Shown here: positions 10,172-20,337 of the stretch, in pieces | How the letters are laid out: each line of letters starts with the position of its first letter | Position numbering within the stretch: the first letter of the stretch is position 1 | Source of the DNA: an uncultured Verrucomicrobiae bacterium | GTDB taxonomy: Bacteria; Verrucomicrobiota; Verrucomicrobiia; Chthoniobacterales; JAFAMB01 | Direction of reading: 5' to 3' | Assembly (NCBI GenBank): GCA_963762565.1 | Contig: CAVXLD010000001.1 | Coordinates: forward strand, 1-64,000 | Length of the DNA stretch: 64,000 nt | Position numbers and translations under genes: made by a program | Notes under the pieces: generated by a model | The model's input: the letters and a program-made list of their open reading frames with translations, nothing else | What the model was told of the DNA's origin: nothing | Databases searched by the model: none

Positions 10172-12421
10172 ATGTCACCACGTCCTGCCATCTTCATCTC
10201 GGCGGTTAGCCGCGAGTTGAGGAGCGCCCGGCAACTGGTGGCTAACACCTTGACCTTTTTGGGCTATGACCCGGAATGGCAAGATATCTTCGGCACTGAA
10301 GACGGCGATTTGCGCGCGATGTTGCGCCGGCGGATCGACGTCTGCAAAGGAGTCGTGCAGCTGGTAGGCGAATCTTACGGAGCTGAACCTCCTAACGTCG
10401 ATGAACAATTCGGCCGGATTAGCTACACGCAATTCGAGGCGCTCTACGCTCTAAGCAAAGGCAAGAAAGTCTGGTACCTGTTCCTGGACGAAAGTTTTCC
10501 TTCGGATCCGCACGATGCAGAGGACGAGGAAAAACGAATCCTGCAGGCCAACTACCGGGCTAAACTGAAGGCCGATATTCATCTCTATCATCCGCTCGGC
10601 AGCAGAGAAGGTCTGGAAGCCAGCGTGCTCAAGCTGCGAAACGATCTAACTCGGCTCCGGCGAGGGGTTAGACGCTGGGCGGCTTCGGTTGCGATTTTGC
10701 TGGTGCTAAGCGTCGGTCTGAGTCTGTGGGTATTGCAGAGCCAGCAACATTCGAGCGAGCAGCAACAACAAACTAACCAGCAACTCCAAGCGCTGCAGGC
10801 AAAGTTCGATAAACTGCAGCAAGGCGTTTCAGCATTTGCGGAAGTGCAGAACAAAGTGCGCCAGGAACAACCTGGGCAAAAACCGGAGGAGCTCGAGCAA
10901 CATACCTACGAGGTGCTTGGGAAAACGCTTGGTGTTGATGCCGCTACCCTCAAGGAACAGCTCCCGCGTTTTGCTGAACAGCTAAAGAAAGAGCCGAATG
11001 CAACCAGCTATCAACGCGCTAACGCTGCCTATGTAGCCAAGGACTACAACGAGGCGGAGCGCTTGGCACTAGTGGCCGCGGAGGAAGCACAGCGGTCTAC
11101 GCCGCCGAAGACCGCGGAAGCGATTAAGGCGTTTGAATTGGCCGCTTGGGCTGCGGAGAAGCGGGTCGATTACGCCGAGGCGTTAGAACGATTGCACGAC
11201 GCCGAAAAACTCTCCGATCGATCCCGGGATGGCTTGGAATGGGCCCGCGTACAGTTCGCCATCGGCTGGGTTCTCCGGGATCAGGGCCGGTACCACGACG
11301 CGGAACTGATCTTTCGGCAGGTGTTGACTGAGCGCGAACGAAGACTTGGGCCTGAGCATCCGGAAACATTGGTGGCGCGGCACCGGTTGGCCGGTGTACT
11401 CGATGATCAGGGTCTGTACGCCGAAGCCGAGTCACAGTATCGCGATGTGCTTAAGCTTGAGGAAAAGGTCCTTGGCCCCGAGCATCCCGGCACATTAGGG
11501 ACGCTTAATAATCTAGCCAACCTTCTATTTGAGCAGGGCAAGTACGCTGAGGCGGAGAAGGAGTATCGCGATGTGCTGACGCTAAAAGAGAAAGTCCTTG
11601 GCCCCGATGACCCCAGCACATTTAAAACGAAGGGAAATCTAGCCAGCGCTCTTGACGAGGAAGGCAAATATTCCGAAGCCATAGCCGAGGACCATGAACT
11701 GTTAAACCGGCAGGAGAAAGTTCTCGGCCCCGAGGATCCTGATACGCTGGTAACCCGCAGCAACCTGGCTGATTCGCTGGCCCAGACCGGCAGGTATGCC
11801 GAGGCCGAAGCAGAGAACCGGGAAGTGCTGAAACTGAGGGAAAAAGTACTGGGCCCTGAACACCCCGACACGGTGATAAGCCGGTGTTACCTGGCAGAAG
11901 CGTTGACCCAGGAAGGCAAATATGTGGAAGCTGCCTCAGAGTATCGTATAGCGCTGACGATCAGGGAAAAAGTCCTCGGCGCGGAGCACCCGGCCACGTT
12001 AGTGGCGCGTGAGGGGCTAGCAAAGGTCCAGTCTGATCAAGGCGATTATGCCGAGGCCGAGCCCGAGGAGCGCGCTGTCCTTGACCTGCAAGAAAAAACG
12101 CTTGGCCACGAACATCCTGATACTCTGGAAACGCGCAACGATCTGGCAAACACACTTTGCGGCGAAGGGAAGTACGCCGAGGCCGAAGCGGACTTTCGGA
12201 CAGTTCTCGAACTTAAAGGAAAAGTACTCGGAGCCGAACATCCTGATACCCTGCGAACTTCCTTCGATCTTGCAGTTTGTTTGCGGTCGGAGAACAAAGA
12301 ACAGGAGGCAAGCACATTTGCGCAACGAGCAGCGGATGGAGCGCGCAAGGTTTTGGGGCCGGAACACCCGAACACAAAGAAATACGAGCAACTCGCCTCG
12401 CGAATAGCTGATAGCAGGTAA
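10172..12421 (+). CDS. DUF4062 - transmembrane - coiled coil - kinesin-light-chain-type TPR protein (paralog 1, 9 LGxEHP repeats)
   Basis: IFISAVSREL...VG.SYG...SYTQFEA DUF4062 pattern; hydrophobic WAASVAILLVLSVGLSLWVL preceded by RRGVRR; 42-aa LGPEHP repeats. Confidence 0.85.
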   Translation: MSPRPAIFISAVSRELRSARQLVANTLTFLGYDPEWQDIFGTEDGDLRAMLRRRIDVCKGVVQLVGESYGAEPPNVDEQFGRISYTQFEALYALSKGKKVWYLFLDESFPSDPHDAEDEEKRILQANYRAKLKADIHLYHPLGSREGLEASVLKLRNDLTRLRRGVRRWAASVAILLVLSVGLSLWVLQSQQHSSEQQQQTNQQLQALQAKFDKLQQGVSAFAEVQNKVRQEQPGQKPEELEQHTYEVLGKTLGVDAATLKEQLPRFAEQLKKEPNATSYQRANAAYVAKDYNEAERLALVAAEEAQRSTPPKTAEAIKAFELAAWAAEKRVDYAEALERLHDAEKLSDRSRDGLEWARVQFAIGWVLRDQGRYHDAELIFRQVLTERERRLGPEHPETLVARHRLAGVLDDQGLYAEAESQYRDVLKLEEKVLGPEHPGTLGTLNNLANLLFEQGKYAEAEKEYRDVLTLKEKVLGPDDPSTFKTKGNLASALDEEGKYSEAIAEDHELLNRQEKVLGPEDPDTLVTRSNLADSLAQTGRYAEAEAENREVLKLREKVLGPEHPDTVISRCYLAEALTQEGKYVEAASEYRIALTIREKVLGAEHPATLVAREGLAKVQSDQGDYAEAEPEERAVLDLQEKTLGHEHPDTLETRNDLANTLCGEGKYAEAEADFRTVLELKGKVLGAEHPDTLRTSFDLAVCLRSENKEQEASTFAQRAADGARKVLGPEHPNTKKYEQLASRIADSR

Positions 12422-12765
12422 GGAACGAGAGAACGCCGTAGATGTGCAAGATGTTGCTCCTTCGCGGCGAAGGCCTAGGCGCCTGCTACTCACCGCGTTC
12501 CGTTGACGTGGCTCGAATAATTTTGTTACAAATCGCAGCGACTGTGCGGTTTAGTTTGTCTTGTTCCTGTGACTAAAAGTTTGAGCTCCGATGGAAAGCT
12601 TGGCTGGAGAAAAGCCCCAATCATTCGGTGGCGGACTGCGGTTCAGACAGGGCGCAATACTCCACCACTCCAGCACTCCATCACCCCGCCGGCCCGGATC
12701 GAGGACGACGACGAGGACGAGAACGATGAAGAAGCGCGCGGTAATTTCTAGTCGCTAGTGTCGGC

Positions 12766-14901
12766 ATGTCTCTACGACCAGCAATCTTCGTCTCCGCGGT
12801 CAGCAGCGAGCTGAGAAGCGCGCGACAGCTAGTGGCGAACACTTTGACGTTCCTTGGCTATGACCCGGAGTGGCAAGATATTTTCGGGACGGAACAGGGC
12901 GATCTGCGCGCGGTGTTGCAACGGCGAATCGATCAGAGCAAGGGTGTCGTGCAGCTCGTCGGCGAATGTTATGGAGCCGAGCTCCCAGAAATCGACGGAC
13001 GATTCGGCCGGGTTAGCTACACCCAATTCGAAGCGCTCTACGCTTTAAGCAAAGGCAAGAAAGTTTGGTACCTGTTCTTGGACGAGAATTTCCCCGCAGA
13101 TCCACACGAAGCGGAGGACGAGGAAAAGCGGACCCTGCAGGCCAGCTATCGGAGTAAACTGAGGGCCGATATTCATCTGTATCATCCGTTGAGCACCAGG
13201 GACAGTCTGGAAGCCAGCGTGCTCAAGTTGCGCGTCGACTTTACCCAGCTCCGGCGGGGACTTAGGCGGTGGTCCGCGTTTGTTGGGGTCCTGCTGGTCT
13301 TGATCGCCGGATTGAGCGTCTGGCTTTTGCAGAGCCAGCAGCATTCTAATGAGGAACAGCGGCATGCCAACGACCAGCTCCAGACGCTGCAAGCAAAATT
13401 CGATAAACTCGAACAGGGTGTCACCGCCTTCGCTGCCGTGCAAAACCAAGTGCGCCAGACTCAACCAGGACAGAAACCCGAAGAGCTAGAACAACGAACC
13501 TATGTGGAGCTCGCTAAAGAGCTCGGGGTTGATGCAACCACATTAAAGGAACAACTGCCTCGCTTTGCCAAAGAGCTGAAGATGGCGTCAAATGCGACAA
13601 CCTATGAACGGGCCAATGCCGCTTACGTGGACCAGGATTACAATGAGGCGCAACGACTGGCTTTAGTGGCGGCCGATGAGGCGCGTAGCGCAAATCCACC
13701 GAAGAACACGGAAGCGATCAAAGCTTACGAGCTGGCGGCCTGGGCCGCCGAGAAACGGGTTGAATCGGCTCAAGCTTTAAAATGGCTGGAGGAGGCGGAG
13801 CCGCTGACCGATCGAACCCGTGACGCGATGGAGTGGGCTCGAGTGCAATACGAGATTGCGCACGAACTTGAAGTACTAGGCAAGTACGGCGACGCCGAGG
13901 AGAGATTGCGCCCAGTGTTGACCGAACGCCTGCGAGTACTTGGACCAGAACATTTCGATACTTTGGCTTGCGAGAACGAGTTGGCCAATTCGCTCTTTTT
14001 TCAGGGCAAGTATGCTGCAGCCGAGGCGGAATATAGAGCGGTCCTTAAGCTCAAAGAAAAAGTGCTTGGACCTGATCACCCGTCCACCCTAAAAACCCAA
14101 AATAATCTGGTGTCAGCTTTGACAATGCAGGGCAAATACGCCGCAGCAGAGACCGAGTGTCGCGCGGTCATAGCGCTCAAGGAAAAAGCGCTCGGAGCCG
14201 AGCATCCGGAAACCTTGGCGACGCGGAACAACCTGGCGTTTGTGCTTGATAAAGAGGGCAAGTACTGGGACGCCGAATCAGAGTATCGAACAATCATCGC
14301 TATCAAAGAAAGAGTGTTAGGCCCGGAACATCCAGACACTTTGATAACACGCAGCGGTCTGGCGGAAGTGCTCGAACACGAAGGCAAATATGCAGAGGGT
14401 GAAACGCAAGAACGCGAGGTGGTCAAGCTCAGAGATCGAGTGCTTGGTCCCGATCACCCAGCTACGTTAATTGCCCGTGACATTCTCGCGCAGCTTCTTG
14501 CTGATCAGGGAAAGAACTCCGAGGCTGAGAGCGGATTCCGCAGCGTGCTGCAAGTTCAGGAGAGAGTTCTGCGCCCGGACCATCCCAATACGCTAAAGAC
14601 TCGAAATGGCCTGGCGAAGGTATTAGCCAACCAAGGTAAGAATGCGGAGGCAGAGACGGAATATCGAGCCATCTTGAAGCTAGAGGAAAAAATATCCGGA
14701 CCTGAACATCCGGACACGCTTAGAACTTGTTTTGATCTGGCGGATTGTCTGCGCTCTGAGGGACAAATCCAAGAAGCAACTGCTTTTGCCCAGCGAGCCG
14801 CGGACGGAGCCCGGAAGGTTTTGGGCCCTGATCACCCGGATACGAAGGAATACGCGCAACTCGCTGCGCGACTAGCGAATAGCAGTCAGAATAGCAAATA
14901 G
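12766..14901 (+). CDS. DUF4062 - transmembrane - coiled coil - TPR protein (paralog 2, 8 repeats)
   Basis: Colinear paralog of 10172..12421 with the same architecture and one repeat fewer. Confidence 0.85.
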   Translation: MSLRPAIFVSAVSSELRSARQLVANTLTFLGYDPEWQDIFGTEQGDLRAVLQRRIDQSKGVVQLVGECYGAELPEIDGRFGRVSYTQFEALYALSKGKKVWYLFLDENFPADPHEAEDEEKRTLQASYRSKLRADIHLYHPLSTRDSLEASVLKLRVDFTQLRRGLRRWSAFVGVLLVLIAGLSVWLLQSQQHSNEEQRHANDQLQTLQAKFDKLEQGVTAFAAVQNQVRQTQPGQKPEELEQRTYVELAKELGVDATTLKEQLPRFAKELKMASNATTYERANAAYVDQDYNEAQRLALVAADEARSANPPKNTEAIKAYELAAWAAEKRVESAQALKWLEEAEPLTDRTRDAMEWARVQYEIAHELEVLGKYGDAEERLRPVLTERLRVLGPEHFDTLACENELANSLFFQGKYAAAEAEYRAVLKLKEKVLGPDHPSTLKTQNNLVSALTMQGKYAAAETECRAVIALKEKALGAEHPETLATRNNLAFVLDKEGKYWDAESEYRTIIAIKERVLGPEHPDTLITRSGLAEVLEHEGKYAEGETQEREVVKLRDRVLGPDHPATLIARDILAQLLADQGKNSEAESGFRSVLQVQERVLRPDHPNTLKTRNGLAKVLANQGKNAEAETEYRAILKLEEKISGPEHPDTLRTCFDLADCLRSEGQIQEATAFAQRAADGARKVLGPDHPDTKEYAQLAARLANSSQNSK

Positions 14902-15210
14902 CAACGCGACGCCACCCGCCAGCGCTTCGTTCCTGGATTGTGTGTAGGGCCCATCGCCGGGAGGGATCGCGTCCTCGCCGGCATCCGGATTGTGACCGAA
15001 AGCGAGGACGTGTTCCCGATCGCGGACGGAAATACATCTTTGGTTTGTGGCACGTCCTCGCGGCGCGCGGAGATCCGACGTCGCCCCGTTGGGAGGAAAA
15101 TCGATCGGATCCCTTAGGGCTATGTCGGACAGGCAGCGCGCCCTCCCCGAATTGCAGTGCGCGACTCCGATGCGGTCCCCATTTGCTATCTGTTATTTGC
15201 TATTTGCTAT
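14877..15210. repeat. Composite: AATAGCA heptamer arms enclosing family B REP-like element with a hairpin insertion
   Basis: GGGAGGGATCGCGTCCTCG...GCGCGCCCTCCC; uninterrupted inverted copy at 24618-24751. Confidence 0.85.
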
Positions 15211-15224
15211 GCTTTACTCTCTCC

Positions 15225-16097
15225 ATGTTCGTAGTACTAGGAGCGACTGGAAAGGTTGGGCGGGCGACGATCAAAAAACTCCGCGCTCAGGGAGCACCGG
15301 TCAGGGCGGTGGTGCGTAAGAGCTCAAACGTTGACGACCTTAAGGCACTGGGATGCGAGATCGCGCTGGCAGATCTCAGCGACAGGGATGCAGTAGAGAG
15401 CGCAATTGCCGGAGCGGACGCGGTGCAAGTCATTTGTCCAGTTCAAGCCCAAGCGGTGGATGCGGAAGCAGAAATGGCAAAGACCATCGATGCGGTTGCC
15501 AGCGCTCTCACAGAGGTTCGACCGGCTAGAGTTCTGGCGATCTCGGATTACGGCGCTCAGGTCAGCGAGGGGACCGGGATCACAATGATCTTCCATTATA
15601 TGGAAGCACAGCTTCGAGAGCTGCCAAGCGCAGTGACATTTCTCCGCTCAGCTGAGCATATGCAAAATTGGGGGCGGGTACTCAAAGTAGCTTCTGAGAT
15701 CGGTGTCTTGCCAAGCCTGCATCATCCGCTCAGCAAACGGTTTCCCACGGTCTCGGCGCCGGATATTGGCAGCATCGCGGCAGACTTGTTAACTGACGGA
15801 GTGACCGCCGGGGAACCGCGCGTCGTGCATGCGGAAGGGCCGCACCGTTACGACGCTAATGAGGCTGCGGCGACCCTTAGTAAAATCCTGGGGCGTGAGA
15901 TCGTCGCTCGCGAGCTTCCGCAATCGGATTGGATCCCGACACTGACCCGGGCTGGCGCTGGCCCGAGCTATGCGAAATTGGTTTTCGACCTGTATGTGGC
16001 GCATAACGCCGGTCGAATCGATGTCGAGCCCGGAGCGACTGATGTCCGCTTTGGGACAACTGAATTGCGGGATGTGTTTGCCGGGCTGGTGTCGTGA
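15225..16097 (+). CDS. NmrA-like NAD(P)H-binding protein
   Basis: MFVVLGATGKVG Rossmann start; upstream ORF extension is repeat DNA. Confidence 0.88.
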   Translation: MFVVLGATGKVGRATIKKLRAQGAPVRAVVRKSSNVDDLKALGCEIALADLSDRDAVESAIAGADAVQVICPVQAQAVDAEAEMAKTIDAVASALTEVRPARVLAISDYGAQVSEGTGITMIFHYMEAQLRELPSAVTFLRSAEHMQNWGRVLKVASEIGVLPSLHHPLSKRFPTVSAPDIGSIAADLLTDGVTAGEPRVVHAEGPHRYDANEAAATLSKILGREIVARELPQSDWIPTLTRAGAGPSYAKLVFDLYVAHNAGRIDVEPGATDVRFGTTELRDVFAGLVS

Positions 16098-16102
16098 AAC
16101 CA

Positions 16103-16772
16103 TTACGGTGTCCACGCGTAGAAGGTTGGTGGGGCGAGGCTCCTCGAACGGCTGCTGATGATTCCAAGGTTGCTCGCGGGCCTTTGCGACAGCGTATCCA
16201 GGGCAGACGCGCTGCCGAGCCGGGCCCAGCGTAATGCAGCCGAAAGGATGTGTTGGTTGGCCCGATCGATTCCTGGATGTTAGCGAATCAGGGAGCGCGG
16301 CTCGGCAGCGGGACGGCCTAATCCGTGATAGTTGCGGCGAACACGTAGATCCTGGCGCACATTCTTAGTCCGTTCCGGAGCCTCGCCCCACCAATCTTGG
16401 GCTCGCTCAAACTATGCGCAACCGGACGCGCTCGGATAGACGCGACGCCCCGGAACCCACGACGTAATGACGCGCTGGATGGGAACACACCTAGGGGTAA
16501 CGCCACATTTTTCGGGAGCCGCGTTTTGGCGAGTCTGTCGGCGTTTCGGGCGATGGCCCCTGGCACGCGTCGGATGTTTTGAGAGCGGAATGCGGCTCCC
16601 CTCCGGTTGGGCTTGGTGACGATGCTGGGATTCGGCACGTCGTGGGTAATCGGTAACGGATCGCGAGGATCCGACGTCGCCAAAGCTGGGAGAAAAGAAA
16701 CCAGGAAGAGAAGGCTATGTCGGACAGGCAGCGATCCCTCCCGTGATGTGACCTTTGTGATCTTCTGTGAGA
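16103..16772. repeat. Composite repeat cluster; family D homologous to 17868-18175
   Basis: Shared GATAGACGCGACGCCCCGGAACCC...GCGGAATGCGGCTCCCCTCCG; inserted IR block 16126-16394. Confidence 0.85.
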
Positions 16773-16788
16773 AAGTCAGTTATTAACG

Positions 16789-17820
16789 ATGAGCGACACT
16801 AGCGATAAGAAAGTAACACCTCAGCGGTTAATGCAGTACGCTTGGGGTTATTCGGCGCCGTTGGCCATTGAGGCAGCGGTTGAAAATGGGATGTTTGATG
16901 CTCTGGCGGCTGGCCCCTTGGTTTTGGCGGAGCTGGAGAAGGCAACCGGTTCTTCGGCGCGAGGTTTGATGGCGTTGGCCGATTTCTTTGTTGGGATTGA
17001 ACTCTTGAGCAAAGATGGGGAGGGCCGTTATCAGCTAACCGAAGAGAGCGTTGCCTTCCTGATCAGCGGCAAACCGGCTTTTATGGGTGGGCTCTTCCGG
17101 CATATGGGCCGGACTATTATTCCTCGGTGGCTGCAATTACCGGAGGTCGTCCGGCGAGGCATCCCGGCGATGGATCTAAGTAGTGAACCAACCGGTGCTG
17201 CTTTCTTTGAGGATTTCGTAGAGGATCTCTTTCCCTTTAACTACGCGGCCGCAAAAAGCTTGGCTGAAGGACTGGCCGCACAGGGTCTGCCGAAGCCTGC
17301 TACCGTGCTCGATCTGGCGGCAGGTTCTGGGGTTTGGGGTATTGCGGCCGCTCAAGTTTCTCCAGCCCTCCGGGTGACAGCGGTCGATTGGCCTCAGGTC
17401 CTTGAAGTGACAAAGCGAGTTGTGAACCGGTTCGGGTTGGCGGATCGATTTAGTTTTTCTGCGGGTGATCTTCTGGAGGCCGACTTTGGGACCGGGCACG
17501 GTCTCGCGACACTCGGCCATATTTTGCACACAGAAGGCGAAGAGCGGAGCCGGGCTCTGTTAGTTAAGACGTTTAAAGCGTTGGCGCCCGGAGGAAGGAT
17601 CGCGATCGCCGAGTTCCTGGTGGACGAGGATCGGAGAGGGCCGATATCCGGTCTTATTTTTTCGATTAACATGTTGGTCAATAGCAGGACCGGGCGCGCC
17701 TACTCGTTCAAAGAGATTGGCGATTGGCTCGGTGCAGCCGGTTTTGTGGCGCCTAGGTTAGTGGAAGCGCCTGCAGTTTCGCCGTTGATTCTGGCGGAGA
17801 AGCCGGGAGCGGGCCGATAG
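16789..17820 (+). CDS. O-methyltransferase (dimerisation + Methyltransf_2 domain)
   Basis: VLDLAAGSG, AGDL, GHILH, LAPGG motifs. Confidence 0.9.
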   Translation: MSDTSDKKVTPQRLMQYAWGYSAPLAIEAAVENGMFDALAAGPLVLAELEKATGSSARGLMALADFFVGIELLSKDGEGRYQLTEESVAFLISGKPAFMGGLFRHMGRTIIPRWLQLPEVVRRGIPAMDLSSEPTGAAFFEDFVEDLFPFNYAAAKSLAEGLAAQGLPKPATVLDLAAGSGVWGIAAAQVSPALRVTAVDWPQVLEVTKRVVNRFGLADRFSFSAGDLLEADFGTGHGLATLGHILHTEGEERSRALLVKTFKALAPGGRIAIAEFLVDEDRRGPISGLIFSINMLVNSRTGRAYSFKEIGDWLGAAGFVAPRLVEAPAVSPLILAEKPGAGR

Positions 17821-18246
17821 CCAATAGCCGATAGCCAATAGCCAATGCGGCAAACTTGGTGACCCGTTACGGTGTCCACGCCCGGAGCGGAAGCGTTGCA
17901 TTCGGCGTACCAGCTCCAACGCGCGTCGACGCTCAAACTTTGTAAAACACGGCACGCCCGGATAGACGCGACGCCCCGGAACCCTCGACGTAATAACGCG
18001 CTGGATGCGAACACACCCAGGATAACGCCACATTTTTCGGGAGCCGCGTATTGGTTAGTCTGTCGGCATTTCAAGCGCTGGTTCGGGTGCGCGTCGACGT
18101 TATGAAAGCGGAATGCGGCTCCCCTCCGATTGGGGGCACGACACCGCTGGGATTCGCGACGTCCTGGGTTAATGCGTTTCGAGGACGAGGACGAGGACGA
18201 TTGCGATGCGGCAGTACTTTGTGACCTTTGTGATCTTCTGTGAGAG
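17812..18246. repeat. Heptamer run, family D element, hexamer and 9-mer runs
   Basis: GCC(G/A)ATA tandem copies; copy of 16400-16650; GAGGAC tandem copies; TTTGTGACCTTTGTGATCTTCTGTGAGA. Confidence 0.85.
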
Positions 18247-18268
18247 ATTCGCTGGCGTTTTACGCCAC

Positions 18269-19297
18269 CTACCGCGGCCTCGTGGTGGACTCTCGTACCA
18301 TCAAGGTGCACTTGAGTTGCTTGTTTACCCGGGGTCGCGGACTGCCTTGCAATTTTCTCAAGAGAGTCGACCACGCTGTCTCAGCGATTTCGTGAATCGG
18401 TTGGCGAAGAGTCGAAACAAACGGACGCAAAGCCGTCATCCACTCACAATCATCGAATGCTATCAGCGAAATCGCGGTAGGAAATTCGATACCGGATTCC
18501 CAGATCGCCCGCAGGCTGCCTAGCGCCATCTTTTCGGTTAGTGCAAAGATGGCGGTCGGCCTCGATGGCGTCCTCAAAATTTGAAGGACCTCCCGATGGG
18601 CTTCTGTGGCATCGATGCAGCTGATCACGCGTCCGCTTCGCCGGGCGGTTTTGACGGCTTTCTGAAAACCTTCGATCCGTTGCGCGATGTTCTGGAGAGA
18701 AGGGTTCGATCCTACCGCCAGGATGTTGCGATGCCCAAGTTGAAGGAGATGTTCAGCACCGGCCTGAGCTGCAGCGAAGTTATCGACCTGAATCGAATCA
18801 AGTCCGGAATCGGCGCCGCCTCGATCCACCAACACCGCAGGGACTTTTTGCCGGCTGATGTCCCCAAGAACCTCAGAATGATCTGAACAAGGAATCAGAA
18901 TAAGTCCGTCTGCCTGTCGCCGCAGCAAGGCCCCCACTCGTTGCCGTTCGCGCTCCGGCCTTTCCTGGGCATCCGCGAGAATGATTTGATAGTTGCTGCC
19001 GGCTGCGAGTTCTTCGATCCGGCTCAAAATCCCAGAGAAAAAGTTGATGGTAATATCCGGCACCACTAACCCAATTACACCCGAGCGCCGAGCGCGGAGA
19101 CTGGCAGCTACCCAATTAGGGTTGTATCCAAGGAGCTCAATGGCATCACGAACCTGCTTTTGACGGGCTGGCCCTACGAATCGCGTTCCGCGCAGTACGT
19201 TGGAGACGGTAGCAGTGGACACTCCGGCGATCTTGGCAACATCGTGAATAGTAGGTCGCGGATTGGTGATCGCTTGCTGTCTTTTTGCGTTCTTCAC
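18269..19297 (-). CDS. LacI family transcriptional regulator
   Basis: TIHDVAKIAGVSTATVSNVL...LGYNPN; C-terminal VREST. Confidence 0.95.
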   Translation of the reverse strand: MKNAKRQQAITNPRPTIHDVAKIAGVSTATVSNVLRGTRFVGPARQKQVRDAIELLGYNPNWVAASLRARRSGVIGLVVPDITINFFSGILSRIEELAAGSNYQIILADAQERPERERQRVGALLRRQADGLILIPCSDHSEVLGDISRQKVPAVLVDRGGADSGLDSIQVDNFAAAQAGAEHLLQLGHRNILAVGSNPSLQNIAQRIEGFQKAVKTARRSGRVISCIDATEAHREVLQILRTPSRPTAIFALTEKMALGSLRAIWESGIEFPTAISLIAFDDCEWMTALRPFVSTLRQPIHEIAETAWSTLLRKLQGSPRPRVNKQLKCTLMVRESTTRPR

Positions 19298-20337
19298 TTC
19301 ACTTTAACCGGCCAAATCCGGGCAATCCAGCGGTCACGAACTACCGCAATGAGAATGGCGATAATCATCGTGATTCCCCAAATTGCGGCGGTGAGGTATG
19401 GGCTGAAACCGAGCAGATTAAATCCGGTGGAGATTACCTGCAGCAGGACCAGCGACAGAAACAGACCGAGCACGCGTCCAAAACCGCCGAACGGGTCGAT
19501 TCCACCCAGGACCGCAGCCAGAATCGTAATCAGGAGATAAGACTCAGCGTAGCCGGCGCTGGCTGAATTGAAGCGAGCCATCATGACTAGGGCGGCTATC
19601 CAGCAGAGAAGACTAGATACAACATAGACACCGACCAGAACCCATTCCGTGGCAACCCCGGAGTACCTGGTGGCCTTTTCATTCGAGCCGATCAAGCGCA
19701 CGGATACGCCGAATGGCGTCTGCGCCACCATCATCGCGACCACCACGGCGCAAAGTACGAAAAGAATCATGGAAGCGGGAATCCCCAGAACGCTTCCGTT
19801 GCCGAGAAATAGAATTGCTGGCGGAAAACCGCCAATAACGGTTCCACTGGTCGTCAGCACGGCCACCCCCTTAACCAAGGTCATGGTACCCAGCGTAACC
19901 AGGATCGGGTGCACTCCAAAGAAAGCGACGATTACGCCGGTCAAGAACCCGATTACCAAAGAGGTCAGCATTCCGCACAACAAAGCCGCTGCGATCGCTC
20001 CTGCGATCACCCAAGGGGGGCTGGTCGGTTGGATCAGGTGGGTTAGAACCCCGGCCATAACCAAAGCCGAGAGGTTAGCGGTCGCGATGATGCCGAGATT
20101 CAAGCCACCGCTCATCAATGGCACCATCATGGCGAGCGACAAGATACCAAGCTCGGGCATTTGAAAGGCAATTGCCCGCACCGTATCGCCCGAAAGAAAC
20201 CGGGCCGGAGTTAGCGCACCGAAAACGATCGTGGCGATCACCACCAAAGCGGCCAATAGCGTAACTGTCGGATCGGACCAGCCGGCGAACCGAGACCCAG
20301 ACCTCACGGTTGAACTGGAAACAAGATCAGGCGGCAT
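19294..20337 (-). CDS. Sugar ABC transporter permease
   Basis: Multi-TM; SGGLNL, IGSNEKATRYSG, AAVLGG. Confidence 0.92.
   Translation of the reverse strand: MPPDLVSSSTVRSGSRFAGWSDPTVTLLAALVVIATIVFGALTPARFLSGDTVRAIAFQMPELGILSLAMMVPLMSGGLNLGIIATANLSALVMAGVLTHLIQPTSPPWVIAGAIAAALLCGMLTSLVIGFLTGVIVAFFGVHPILVTLGTMTLVKGVAVLTTSGTVIGGFPPAILFLGNGSVLGIPASMILFVLCAVVVAMMVAQTPFGVSVRLIGSNEKATRYSGVATEWVLVGVYVVSSLLCWIAALVMMARFNSASAGYAESYLLITILAAVLGGIDPFGGFGRVLGLFLSLVLLQVISTGFNLLGFSPYLTAAIWGITMIIAILIAVVRDRWIARIWPVKVK

Noticed and set aside
11330..14860. TPR arrays as diversity-generating retroelement targets
   Set aside because: No reverse transcriptase and no template/variable repeat pair with adenine-specific differences seen
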